IMG/VR virus record: IMGVR_UViG_3300032226_000829
From: a virus
Taxonomy: Duplodnaviria; Caudoviricetes
Strand: one strand, 5' to 3'
DNA: 64,000 nucleotides
The notes under the pieces are model-generated. The model made no database searches. It worked only from the letters and a program-made list of their open reading frames with translations, and had not been told where the DNA came from. Below, piece by piece: positions 10,066-18,704 of the stretch (positions are counted from its first letter, which is position 1; each line of letters opens with the position of its first letter). Position numbers and translations under genes: made by a program.

Positions 10066-11037
10066 ATGGCAAGTTTGAAAAACCTTACGGCAACCAAGAA
10101 CAATAACTTTCCACAAGTGACGGAGACCAATGTGGAATCTGGTCAGATATATAATTTTCAAACCAACAATTTTGATGGACTGCACGCAGGCATTTGTTTT
10201 CATCCCTGTCAATCAGGCACAGCAATAATTGAGATATGGGGCGCAGGTGGCTCGGGAGCCAAAATGTGCTGTTGTGGATTTGGTACTCCTGGTAACCCAG
10301 GCGCATACAGTAGAAAAACAGTCACTCTCACATGCTGCGGATATATCGCAGGATCACCAGGCATAGCCTGCGGCAATGATGCACTGTGTTTCAGAGGCTG
10401 TTCAGATGCCACTGGAGTGACCATTTATGCCAATGGCAGCAACACAGGTTGTATGTGTGCTCAAGGTGGCCGAGGCGGAATTTCTTATTGCAGCACAGGC
10501 ACCAATGCCTACTGTTGTTTCACAGCAGGCGGTTTTTATACCACTTTGGGAGTGAACGGCAACTGCGGCATAGTGTGCAACAAATGTTGTTCAGGTGGAT
10601 GGTGCGCACAGGCATATGGTGGAGACATCAACTGTCCAGGCGGATTCAGTTGTGTGAGTTTCCTAGGAGAGTCAGGATCATCTTGTCCATGCAGCACACA
10701 TTTTCACATGCAAGGACCAGCAGGATACTACTCCAAATGCGGAGTGGTGGTGAGTTTCAATTCAGATGATGGCAATGGTTTTGCCAACTGGTCAGGACAA
10801 GGCAGAGGACAATATGCTCAAGCATTGGCAGGAGCCAGCAGATGGCCTCAGATGGGATCATTTTTTGCTACCTGTTGGGGATTTTCAGGCAACTGTGGAT
10901 GTTACGAGAATGAAGGCTGTATGAATCTATTGCCTCCAGGATTTCCGTCTGCAGGACCACATCCATGTCCAGGTGTGAGAGATCACGCCAGCAAAGGTGG
11001 CAATGGTGCCATCAGAATTAAATTTATAGCAGGATAA
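10066..11037 (+). CDS. Cys/Gly-rich adhesin-like protein, paralog 1
   Basis: EIWGAGGSG glycine-rich-domain motif and C-terminal GGNGAIRIKF; about 30 Cys in 323 aa. Confidence 0.6.
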   Translation: MASLKNLTATKNNNFPQVTETNVESGQIYNFQTNNFDGLHAGICFHPCQSGTAIIEIWGAGGSGAKMCCCGFGTPGNPGAYSRKTVTLTCCGYIAGSPGIACGNDALCFRGCSDATGVTIYANGSNTGCMCAQGGRGGISYCSTGTNAYCCFTAGGFYTTLGVNGNCGIVCNKCCSGGWCAQAYGGDINCPGGFSCVSFLGESGSSCPCSTHFHMQGPAGYYSKCGVVVSFNSDDGNGFANWSGQGRGQYAQALAGASRWPQMGSFFATCWGFSGNCGCYENEGCMNLLPPGFPSAGPHPCPGVRDHASKGGNGAIRIKFIAG

Positions 11038-11042
11038 ACATT

Positions 11043-12041
11043 ATGGCCACACTGAGATCATTATTAGAAACCAAACTGTCGTTCCAGTTGCAGGGTTTAG
11101 AAAGCAACACTGAAGAAGGTAGAATTTGGTCCTACACTCCAGGCACAGCAGTGGGCACCAACTTCTGTTGTGGTGTGTGTTGGATATCACCAGGCACAGG
11201 CACAGCCACCATTGAGATATGGGGTGCAGGTGGTTCTGGAGCCAAAATGTGCTGCTGCGGATTCGGATTGCCTGGCAATCCAGGTGGATATTCTTCAAGA
11301 ACAGTCAACGTCACTGTGGGCTGTTGTATCAGAGGCAACGTGGGATTATCCTGCGGTAACTCAGACGATTTATGTTACAGAGGCAGATCAGAAAGCACAG
11401 GAGTGTGCTGGCAGGGCAATGGCACCAATGGTTGTATGTGTGCAGAAGGTGGTCAAGGTGGCTACAGCTATTGTTCTACCACTCCATCGGCCTATTGCTG
11501 CTTTGGAGCCAACGGATTTTGCAACACCAAAACCGCTGGTGAAAACTGCGGAATAATTTGCAACTACAGAGGCGCAGGTTGCGCTGTGCATGAAGCTCAA
11601 GGATACGGCGGCACCTGCAACATGGCAGCTGGATTCAGTTGTGTGAGTTTCTTTGGATGCTTGCCATCATGTCCATGTGCATTTTGGTATCACACCAGAA
11701 CACCACCCAAGATGTATGCAGACTGTGGAGCATGGATCACCTACACCAATGATGTGGACAATGGAGCCTACAACTGGAGCGGTGGCGCTCAGTATGGTTA
11801 CATACACACATTAGGACTTACTTCTCGCAATCCCACACATGGCGGTAACTATTCAGCCTGTTGGACTGGTCATAGATATTGCGGTTGCTACAACATGAAC
11901 GGTTGCATAGCATTTGTGCCACCAGGTCATGCAGGAGCACCACCACATCCATGTCCAGATGTGAGAGATCATGCCTACCGAGGTGGACATGGTATAATTA
12001 GAATTAAATACGTGGGAACAGGATATTTGGGGTTAAACTAA
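11043..12041 (+). CDS. Cys/Gly-rich adhesin-like protein, paralog 2
   Basis: EIWGAGGSGAKMCCCG ... PCPDVRDH..RGGHGIIRIKY; about 31 Cys in 332 aa. Confidence 0.6.
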   Translation: MATLRSLLETKLSFQLQGLESNTEEGRIWSYTPGTAVGTNFCCGVCWISPGTGTATIEIWGAGGSGAKMCCCGFGLPGNPGGYSSRTVNVTVGCCIRGNVGLSCGNSDDLCYRGRSESTGVCWQGNGTNGCMCAEGGQGGYSYCSTTPSAYCCFGANGFCNTKTAGENCGIICNYRGAGCAVHEAQGYGGTCNMAAGFSCVSFFGCLPSCPCAFWYHTRTPPKMYADCGAWITYTNDVDNGAYNWSGGAQYGYIHTLGLTSRNPTHGGNYSACWTGHRYCGCYNMNGCIAFVPPGHAGAPPHPCPDVRDHAYRGGHGIIRIKYVGTGYLGLN

Positions 12042-13003
12042 TGGCTGGATTAAAAAGTATATTATCATCAAAAGTGTCATACACCGTGACTGAGAACAAC
12101 CTTGAACAGGGTGTGATCTATGCATTCTCACCCGGCACATTCTACACCAATTACTGCAACGGCTTCTGTTGGAAACCACCAGCCACAGGTTGTGCCATTG
12201 TGGAGATATGGGGTGCTGGTGGATCAGGATCGCGTATGTGCTGTTGTGGTGGAGGATTGCCCGGCAATGCAGGTGGATATTCAAGAAAAAGCATAGCAGT
12301 GACCACTGCCAACTTTGTGTGTGGCTGTGTGGGCTTTCCCAGATATGCTCATGATTTATGTTTTTCAGGTTGCGGTGATCCCAGCACAGTGTGTTGGACC
12401 AGCACTGATTCCAATGGTTGCTTGTGTGCCAGAGGTGGCCGAGGTGGCACTAGTTTCTGCAGCACCGGCACCAGCATGTTCTGTTGCTACAGAGCCAACG
12501 GATTTTGTAGTTTTGGACCCATCAACGACAACTGCGGCATCGTGTGCAATCATTGTTCAGGTGGTTGGGAATCACTGGCATACGGTGGTGACATCAACTG
12601 CTGCGGCACCATAGGCTGCACATCATTCTTGGGCTGTTATCCCACATGTCCTTGTTACACACATCATCATGCTCCTCTGCCAGCCTACATGTTTGCAGAA
12701 AAAGGCGCTAGAGTGAGTTTTCAAACATCAGACGGACAAGCCAACACAAGTGGTATGTCAGGCAGTCAGCTGCCTGCTTATCTACAATCACTGGCAGCAC
12801 TCAGCAAACAACCTACCAGAGGCACTTTCAACTCTTATTGTTGGAGATCAGACAGATCCTGCGGATGTTATGAGATGCAAGGATGTTCACCATTTTTACC
12901 CGTAGGCGCAGGTGGTCTACCTCCACAACCTTGTCCAGATGTGAGAGATCATGGAATCAGAGGCGGCTGGGGTGGTATGCGTATCAGATTTATAGCAAGT
13001 TAA
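12041..13003 (+). CDS. Cys/Gly-rich adhesin-like protein, paralog 3
   Basis: EIWGAGGSGSRMCCCG ... PCPDVRDHGIRGGWGGMRIRF; about 31 Cys in 320 aa; TAATG stop/start overlap with paralog 2. Confidence 0.6.
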   Translation: MAGLKSILSSKVSYTVTENNLEQGVIYAFSPGTFYTNYCNGFCWKPPATGCAIVEIWGAGGSGSRMCCCGGGLPGNAGGYSRKSIAVTTANFVCGCVGFPRYAHDLCFSGCGDPSTVCWTSTDSNGCLCARGGRGGTSFCSTGTSMFCCYRANGFCSFGPINDNCGIVCNHCSGGWESLAYGGDINCCGTIGCTSFLGCYPTCPCYTHHHAPLPAYMFAEKGARVSFQTSDGQANTSGMSGSQLPAYLQSLAALSKQPTRGTFNSYCWRSDRSCGCYEMQGCSPFLPVGAGGLPPQPCPDVRDHGIRGGWGGMRIRFIAS

Positions 13004-13048
13004 TATAATATGTTGATAAATACACTAAATAGCACAGAGGAATAAAAT

Positions 13049-13702
13049 ATGATAAACAAAAATTTCACAATACCTTTGGCAGATGAGCCATATCTAGACA
13101 CCACCACACAGAATAAAACATACCCTGCCACCTACACAGGCCCAAGATATTTAAAAGTGTGTGTGGATAAAGAAACCAAAATAGTGGAAAGATATGTGGC
13201 TGGTGCTGACACCATGGATGGCCTAAGTGCAATCATCGCTATTGAAGAAGCTGAAAAAATATATCAAATTTTAAATGCAGAAACACACACATTTGAAGCT
13301 GCTTATCTCACAGGCATGTACACCACCGGACCAGTGCCCAATTATACAGAAACACTGCCAACTCAAGATGATGAAGGAGTAGATGAAACTTTTGAATATG
13401 GTTGGAACGACAACACAGGAATGATTGCACAACAGTATTACAACATAGATTTAAAATTTGTAAACGGAGCATATGTAAGACCTAGATTTAGAACTCATGC
13501 ATTGACCAGAGCAAGTTTTTTAGCCAGTTTGGTTGTGCAGGCCACAGCAATTGAAGCTGCTATCGAAAGCAATGAATCACTGTCTGATGCAGACATTGCC
13601 CAACTAGAAACTTATGTGACCTGGTTGAGAAATGTACCTACCAAATATGCAAATGTCAAGCATTGGAAAATTCCATTCAAAATCACAGTACCAATTTACT
13701 AG
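13049..13702 (+). CDS. Putative tail-fibre assembly chaperone
   Basis: SD GAGG and two TAAATA upstream; C-terminus ETYVTWLRNVPTKY...HWKIPF resembles the W..YRQALRD.P...WP end of phage tail assembly chaperones; directly follows the adhesin-like genes. Confidence 0.4.
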   Translation: MINKNFTIPLADEPYLDTTTQNKTYPATYTGPRYLKVCVDKETKIVERYVAGADTMDGLSAIIAIEEAEKIYQILNAETHTFEAAYLTGMYTTGPVPNYTETLPTQDDEGVDETFEYGWNDNTGMIAQQYYNIDLKFVNGAYVRPRFRTHALTRASFLASLVVQATAIEAAIESNESLSDADIAQLETYVTWLRNVPTKYANVKHWKIPFKITVPIY

Positions 13703-13712
13703 TCAAGAATAA

Positions 13713-13742
13713 TTCACAACAAAATCACTGTTGATATATAAT
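13713..13742 (+). promoter_or_regulatory. Candidate sigma70-type promoter for the GT9/carbamoyltransferase operon
   Basis: TTCACA (13713-18), 18 nt, TATAAT (13737-42); no TAAATA in this intergenic region. Confidence 0.5.
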
Positions 13743-13768
13743 ACTGTGTGTAAACCCGCACAGTATTA
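13739..13768. repeat. 10-bp inverted repeat overlapping the -10 element
   Basis: TAATACTGTG (13739-48) / CACAGTATTA (13759-68), 10-nt spacer. Confidence 0.75.
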
Positions 13769-13773
13769 CATAT

Positions 13774-14718
13774 ATGAATAGATCCAAAGCATTTTTTTTA
13801 AACGGAGGTATTGGTCGAATTTTGTGTGCTATTCCTGCACTGGAAAAATACGCTGAAGAATCGGGCGATAAAGATTTTTTAGTCATTTGCGAAGGAGCTG
13901 TGGACATACTCAAAGGTCATCCCATACTGGATCAAAAAACCTACGATATTTTTCATAAAAATTTATTTCATTCTAAATTACAATCCAGAGAAATAGTAAG
14001 TTTGGAGCCTTATAGAGTTTGGGAATATTACAATCAAAAATGCAATCTATCTCAGGCTTTTGATATATTGATCAACGCCAAAGGAGTGAGGTCATTGCCC
14101 AAACCCACCATCCATCTCAGCAAGGAAGAAACTGCTCAAGGACAAAAATTGATGGAAGAAATCAAAGCAAAAATTAAAAAAGATAAAGCCATTGTGTTTC
14201 AACCATTTGGCAGAGGCGTAGAGCACATGGACAAAACTCTTTTGGATAAAACTGGACGCAGTTTTGAATACAAAGATGTTAAGAACTTGATACGAAAACT
14301 ACAAAAAGAAAACTTTGCAGTGATACTGATGTCAGAATTTGGCATGGATCTTAAGGATCAAAAATACACAGATGATGTGGCCATGCCCGAAGGATTGAAT
14401 CTAAGAGTGTGGACAGCACTGATCAAACAAGCTGATCATTTCTTAGGCTGTGACAGTGTGGGTCAGCACTTGGCCTACATAGTAGGCACCACTTCCACTG
14501 TGGTATTGGGACCTACCTATCCCGTCAATACCACTTATCCCGATTGTGACTATTTTAACATAATGGATATGGGAGAAATAGATAGGGAGTATGATCCAAT
14601 TAGAATTACCATGGACGAAAGAATTGCTAGAAAAAATGAAATATTGATGTCTATGAACGAAGAGATTGAAGACTATGTGATCAACGGAGTAATGAGAAGA
14701 AATCAAGATGACAAGTAA
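13774..14718 (+). CDS. GT9-like (heptosyltransferase-fold, GT-B) glycosyltransferase, paralog 1
   Basis: N-terminal GGIGRILCAIPAL (compare GT9 G.IGD....P.L) and C-terminal GCDSVGQHLAYIVG...VVLGPT (compare GT9 G.DSG..HLA.A.G...LFGPT). Confidence 0.6.
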   Translation: MNRSKAFFLNGGIGRILCAIPALEKYAEESGDKDFLVICEGAVDILKGHPILDQKTYDIFHKNLFHSKLQSREIVSLEPYRVWEYYNQKCNLSQAFDILINAKGVRSLPKPTIHLSKEETAQGQKLMEEIKAKIKKDKAIVFQPFGRGVEHMDKTLLDKTGRSFEYKDVKNLIRKLQKENFAVILMSEFGMDLKDQKYTDDVAMPEGLNLRVWTALIKQADHFLGCDSVGQHLAYIVGTTSTVVLGPTYPVNTTYPDCDYFNIMDMGEIDREYDPIRITMDERIARKNEILMSMNEEIEDYVINGVMRRNQDDK

Positions 14719-16522
14719 GCCTTCAGGTTATATTGCTGCCATTGCTAGAGGACACAATGCCGGAGTGTGTTTGTTAAAAGATGGCAACGTTGTTTTTTCC
14801 ATAGAAGAAGAAAGATTAAGTAGACAAAAATATGATGGCGGACCTTATGCCAGCATGATGGAAATATTAAAATACACTGACAAAATAGATTATTTGATTG
14901 TGGCTCACACACAAAAACTCAAAGACACAGCAGGCAAAGTGGATTTTACAGGTGATGACGTGTACACTGGACTGGCACGTAAAATGGGATTGATTGATAG
15001 AACAGCTGATCCTCACAACCATCCTCAAGTGATTGATCTCAGTCACATACATCACAAATTACATGCTGCATGTGCTTTTTACAGATCTGGTTGGGAAAGT
15101 GCTGTGTCGGTGATTGTAGATGGTGCTGGAACATTCATTGGCATTAATAATAATATTCAAGGACAGACCACGGTTTGGGAAGTGGAATCAATTATAAATT
15201 GTGCATATCCTTCAAACTTTCATTCATTGTACAAACATTATGCCACTCGTGATGCTATGATTGGTGCAATATTAAAAAATTTTCCTTCGGACATTACTGA
15301 CGAAGCTGGTAAAACTCACGAAGCAATATTCAGTGACAGAGCCGGCATAGTAAAAGTATACGAAGCTGTGACACAATATTGTGGATTCCAAGCAATTGAA
15401 GCAGGCAAAACCATGGGATTATTTCCCTATGGCAAACCCAATGATAAAATTCCGCAATTATTTGAAACTGAAGGAAAATCACCTTTGTCCAATAGAAATT
15501 TAATTGTACCAACCTACCCTAGTGCAGCGTTAGTGAACGCTCTTATTTTTGATTATCTGGAAGATGAAATAGGAAAATCTCATGATGATGTAACATTATT
15601 ACAAAATCGTAGAGATTTGGCTTATGCTTGCCAAACACAAACTCAAGAACAAGTTTTAAAATTAATTCGTAAAGCAGTGTCCATGAGCAACAATAAGAGA
15701 GTGGTGTTGTCAGGAGGATATGGATTAAATTGTGTGGCCAACTATTATTATTTAGAACATTTGAAAGAAGAAGGAATTGAACTGTATGTGGAACCAACTT
15801 CCAACGATGCTGGCACAGCAATGGGTGCAGCATTGATGTTCTATCATCAGATATTTGCTGACAAAACTCCAAAAGTGCATAACACATTATACTTGGGTCC
15901 TATAAGAGAATACACATTGGCAGACATTGAAAAAAGAGCCAGCATCAGTGAAAATAAAAATGTTAAAATAACAGATGCCACACACAAAGATATAGTAAAA
16001 CTTTTAAAATCAAAAAATATAGTGGCCATGTTCCAAGGTAGATCAGAAAACGGTCCTAGAGCATTGGGCAATAGATCCATATTGTTTGACCCAACATTCA
16101 AAGATGGCAAAGATTTTGTAAATCTAGTCAAAAAGAGAGAATACTTCCGTCCATTTGCTGGAACTATATTGCAAGATGATGTGCATGAATGGTTTGATTT
16201 GCGTGGCATGAAAGATTCTCCGTTTATGATGTATGCTGTGAATTGTCAACCAGGTGTTGAAGAAAAAATTCCTGCAATTATTCATGTGGATGGCACTTGT
16301 AGAATACAAACAGTTACTGAAGAACAAAATAAACATTATTATGATTTAATTAAAACATTCAAAGATGAAACAGGTATACCTATATTATTCAATACTTCAT
16401 TTAATTTGGGTGGTGAACCTTTGGTTGAAACTTTGGATGATGCATTTAGAACTCTAGAAAATTCCAAAATTGAATATCTATACTTGCCCGAGCATAAAAA
16501 ATTAATACACATGCCGAATTAA
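14708..16522 (+). CDS. O-carbamoyltransferase, NodU/CmcH/TobZ family
   Basis: Kae1-like HHKLHAACAF, IVDGAG, AGKTMGL, GGYGLNCVAN, NDAG motifs; YrdC-like E.GPRALGNRS, KKREYFRPFA, HVDGTCRIQTV, NTSFNLGGEP. Confidence 0.92.
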   Translation: MTSKPSGYIAAIARGHNAGVCLLKDGNVVFSIEEERLSRQKYDGGPYASMMEILKYTDKIDYLIVAHTQKLKDTAGKVDFTGDDVYTGLARKMGLIDRTADPHNHPQVIDLSHIHHKLHAACAFYRSGWESAVSVIVDGAGTFIGINNNIQGQTTVWEVESIINCAYPSNFHSLYKHYATRDAMIGAILKNFPSDITDEAGKTHEAIFSDRAGIVKVYEAVTQYCGFQAIEAGKTMGLFPYGKPNDKIPQLFETEGKSPLSNRNLIVPTYPSAALVNALIFDYLEDEIGKSHDDVTLLQNRRDLAYACQTQTQEQVLKLIRKAVSMSNNKRVVLSGGYGLNCVANYYYLEHLKEEGIELYVEPTSNDAGTAMGAALMFYHQIFADKTPKVHNTLYLGPIREYTLADIEKRASISENKNVKITDATHKDIVKLLKSKNIVAMFQGRSENGPRALGNRSILFDPTFKDGKDFVNLVKKREYFRPFAGTILQDDVHEWFDLRGMKDSPFMMYAVNCQPGVEEKIPAIIHVDGTCRIQTVTEEQNKHYYDLIKTFKDETGIPILFNTSFNLGGEPLVETLDDAFRTLENSKIEYLYLPEHKKLIHMPN

Positions 16523-16523
16523 T

Positions 16524-17474
16524 ATGAACAAAGCATTTTTTATTAACGGAGGAGCAGGTAGAACATTGTGTTCAGTGCCAGCACTAGAAAATTATGCCAA
16601 CGATAATCCCAATGATGATTTTATTATTGTGTGTGAAGGTGGCACTGATTTCTACAAAGGACATCCTAAATTACATTTTAGAGCGTATGATGTTTGGCAC
16701 AAGAATCTATTCAATGAATACTTAAAAGATAGACAACTGATAACTCCTGAACCATACAGGGTTTGGGAATACTACAATCAAAAATGTAATATTGCACAAG
16801 CATATGACATAGAGATTAATGGCAAAGGACTACGCACATTAGAAAAACCCAAAATTTATCTTTCCAAAGAAGAACTGATCATGGCAAGACAGATGATCAA
16901 AGAAATAAAAGAAACCACTAAAAAAGAAAAAATAGTAGTGTTTCAACCTTTTGGTAGAGTATCTAAAAAAGACAACGATAGTTTTATAGATGTGAGTGGT
17001 AGAAGTTTTGAATTGGAAAACATTATCAATCTAATTAGACAGTTGGGCAAACAATATGCTGTGATGGTGATGTCAGAATTTCCCATAGATTTTAGTAAAC
17101 ATCAGATAAATTTTCCAGTGGCTGTGCCTCAGAATATACATATAAGAATTTGGAGTGCTGTGATAAAAATGTGTGATCATTTCTTAGGCTGTGACAGTTT
17201 GGGCCAACATCTTGCACATGCTTTTGACAAAACAGCCACAGTGGTATTTGGTTCAACATTTCCCAATAATGTTTCTTATCCAGACAATAATAAATTTGAT
17301 ATCATTGACATGAACAAAGACAGTAGAATTTACAGTCCTATACGCATAACCATGGATGAATATGCTGACAGAGCCAATGAAGATGCTATGAAAATGGACA
17401 AAGAAGTGGAAAATAGAATTATGCAATCTGTCAACAGCATGATCAAACACGGCTACAAAAAGAATAAAAAATAA
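16524..17474 (+). CDS. GT9-like glycosyltransferase, paralog 2
   Basis: GGAGRTLCSVPAL; EPYRVWEYYNQKCN shared with paralog 1; GCDSLGQHLAHAF...VVFGST. Confidence 0.6.
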   Translation: MNKAFFINGGAGRTLCSVPALENYANDNPNDDFIIVCEGGTDFYKGHPKLHFRAYDVWHKNLFNEYLKDRQLITPEPYRVWEYYNQKCNIAQAYDIEINGKGLRTLEKPKIYLSKEELIMARQMIKEIKETTKKEKIVVFQPFGRVSKKDNDSFIDVSGRSFELENIINLIRQLGKQYAVMVMSEFPIDFSKHQINFPVAVPQNIHIRIWSAVIKMCDHFLGCDSLGQHLAHAFDKTATVVFGSTFPNNVSYPDNNKFDIIDMNKDSRIYSPIRITMDEYADRANEDAMKMDKEVENRIMQSVNSMIKHGYKKNKK

Positions 17475-17498
17475 AATTATTTTAAGGTAAATACACAC

Positions 17499-17915
17499 AT
17501 GTTCAATGTAAACAACTTGTTTGGCAAGGGTGTAAAGAATACTCTACTGTTAAAAAATGGTTTAAATTTTTCAGTGGGAGGTCCTTTTACCAGTGTGCAA
17601 ACAGACACATTAATAGATAGATGGCAATTCACATCTGTATCAGCTGCTGAGTACACCATGATGGTGGACTATGATACCAACAACAAAGAAATTATAAGAT
17701 GTTTGCTGGTGGGCGGACCAAACGCTGCCACAGTGACCATATATGGTCGTGGAAATCTTGGCAATGAATTAATCACCCTTACTGCCACTGTAAACGATTC
17801 ATATGTGGAGTTACGAGCCACTGCTGCACAAGGTGCTGACAGCACTGTGTATTATGGTTCTAAATGCATCTTCCAAGCCACCTATTTCGAAACTCTTAAT
17901 CCTATCACACGTTAA
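17499..17915 (+). CDS. Small virion structural protein
   Basis: TAAATA 5 nt upstream of ATG; ID.W...AEY....EIIRCLLV...IYG...L..TATV..SYVEL resembles myovirus fibre terminal domains. Confidence 0.45.
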   Translation: MFNVNNLFGKGVKNTLLLKNGLNFSVGGPFTSVQTDTLIDRWQFTSVSAAEYTMMVDYDTNNKEIIRCLLVGGPNAATVTIYGRGNLGNELITLTATVNDSYVELRATAAQGADSTVYYGSKCIFQATYFETLNPITR

Positions 17916-17959
17916 AATAGCAGCTGGTTTTAGATAAATACACTAAAAACTAGACATTT

Positions 17960-18670
17960 ATGCCAGTAGTTAATAATCCATTAAAATCGTTGTATGGCTT
18001 TCAAAGTCCATCATTCAGCGTGAATGCTGCAGGCAATCTTGTGGCCAACAACATTACCACCAACAATATCACAGCCAACAGTATATCAGTGATTGATATT
18101 GACTCCACAGGCACCAGCACTCTTACAGATTTATTGGTCACAGGTTCTACAGAATTGCAAAACACTTTGGCAGTGGATGGTGATTCCATTTTTAATTCCA
18201 CAGTATCCATCACAGATTCAACTGCTGCCACTTCACTGGTAGCGGCTGCTTTGATTGTGACAGGAGGAGTGGCCATACAAAGCAATTTGAGAGTCAACAG
18301 CGATATCAACATAGGTCAAAATTTATTAGCACAGAACAATGTGCAAGCCAACAATTCTTTGGTGTCCAACAGTATCACCACTGTGGATGATGGCAGCACT
18401 TTGAGCGATCTCACCATTGAACCTTTGGGTGATGTGATTTTTAGAACTGCCAGTCAAAGTGTGGAAGTGGGCAGAATAGATGCCACAGGATCCAACTTGC
18501 CTGTGCAAAACACCACCATCAACAATACCACCATAGGATTAACTGTGGCCAGCACTGCTGCTTTTGTCAGCGGCACTGTGGTGAATACTCCCACCAATGC
18601 AGCCAATATCACCAGAAAAGACTACGTGGATCGTACTGCTGTGGCTTTTGCTGTGGCTTTGGGAGCATAG
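17960..18670 (+). CDS. Fibre-like structural protein (Thr/Ser/Asn-rich)
   Basis: TAAATA upstream; ends ITRKDYVDRTAVAFAVALGA, a fibre-type terminus. Confidence 0.5.
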   Translation: MPVVNNPLKSLYGFQSPSFSVNAAGNLVANNITTNNITANSISVIDIDSTGTSTLTDLLVTGSTELQNTLAVDGDSIFNSTVSITDSTAATSLVAAALIVTGGVAIQSNLRVNSDINIGQNLLAQNNVQANNSLVSNSITTVDDGSTLSDLTIEPLGDVIFRTASQSVEVGRIDATGSNLPVQNTTINNTTIGLTVASTAAFVSGTVVNTPTNAANITRKDYVDRTAVAFAVALGA

Positions 18671-18704
18671 GTAAATACAATGTCTAAACATAACTCTGTA
18701 AAAA

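Noticed and set aside
13742-13765. LexA/SOS box resemblance (TACTGT...ACAGTA)
   Set aside because: The spacer is 12 nt rather than the 8 nt of the gammaproteobacterial box; kept only as an unassigned palindrome.
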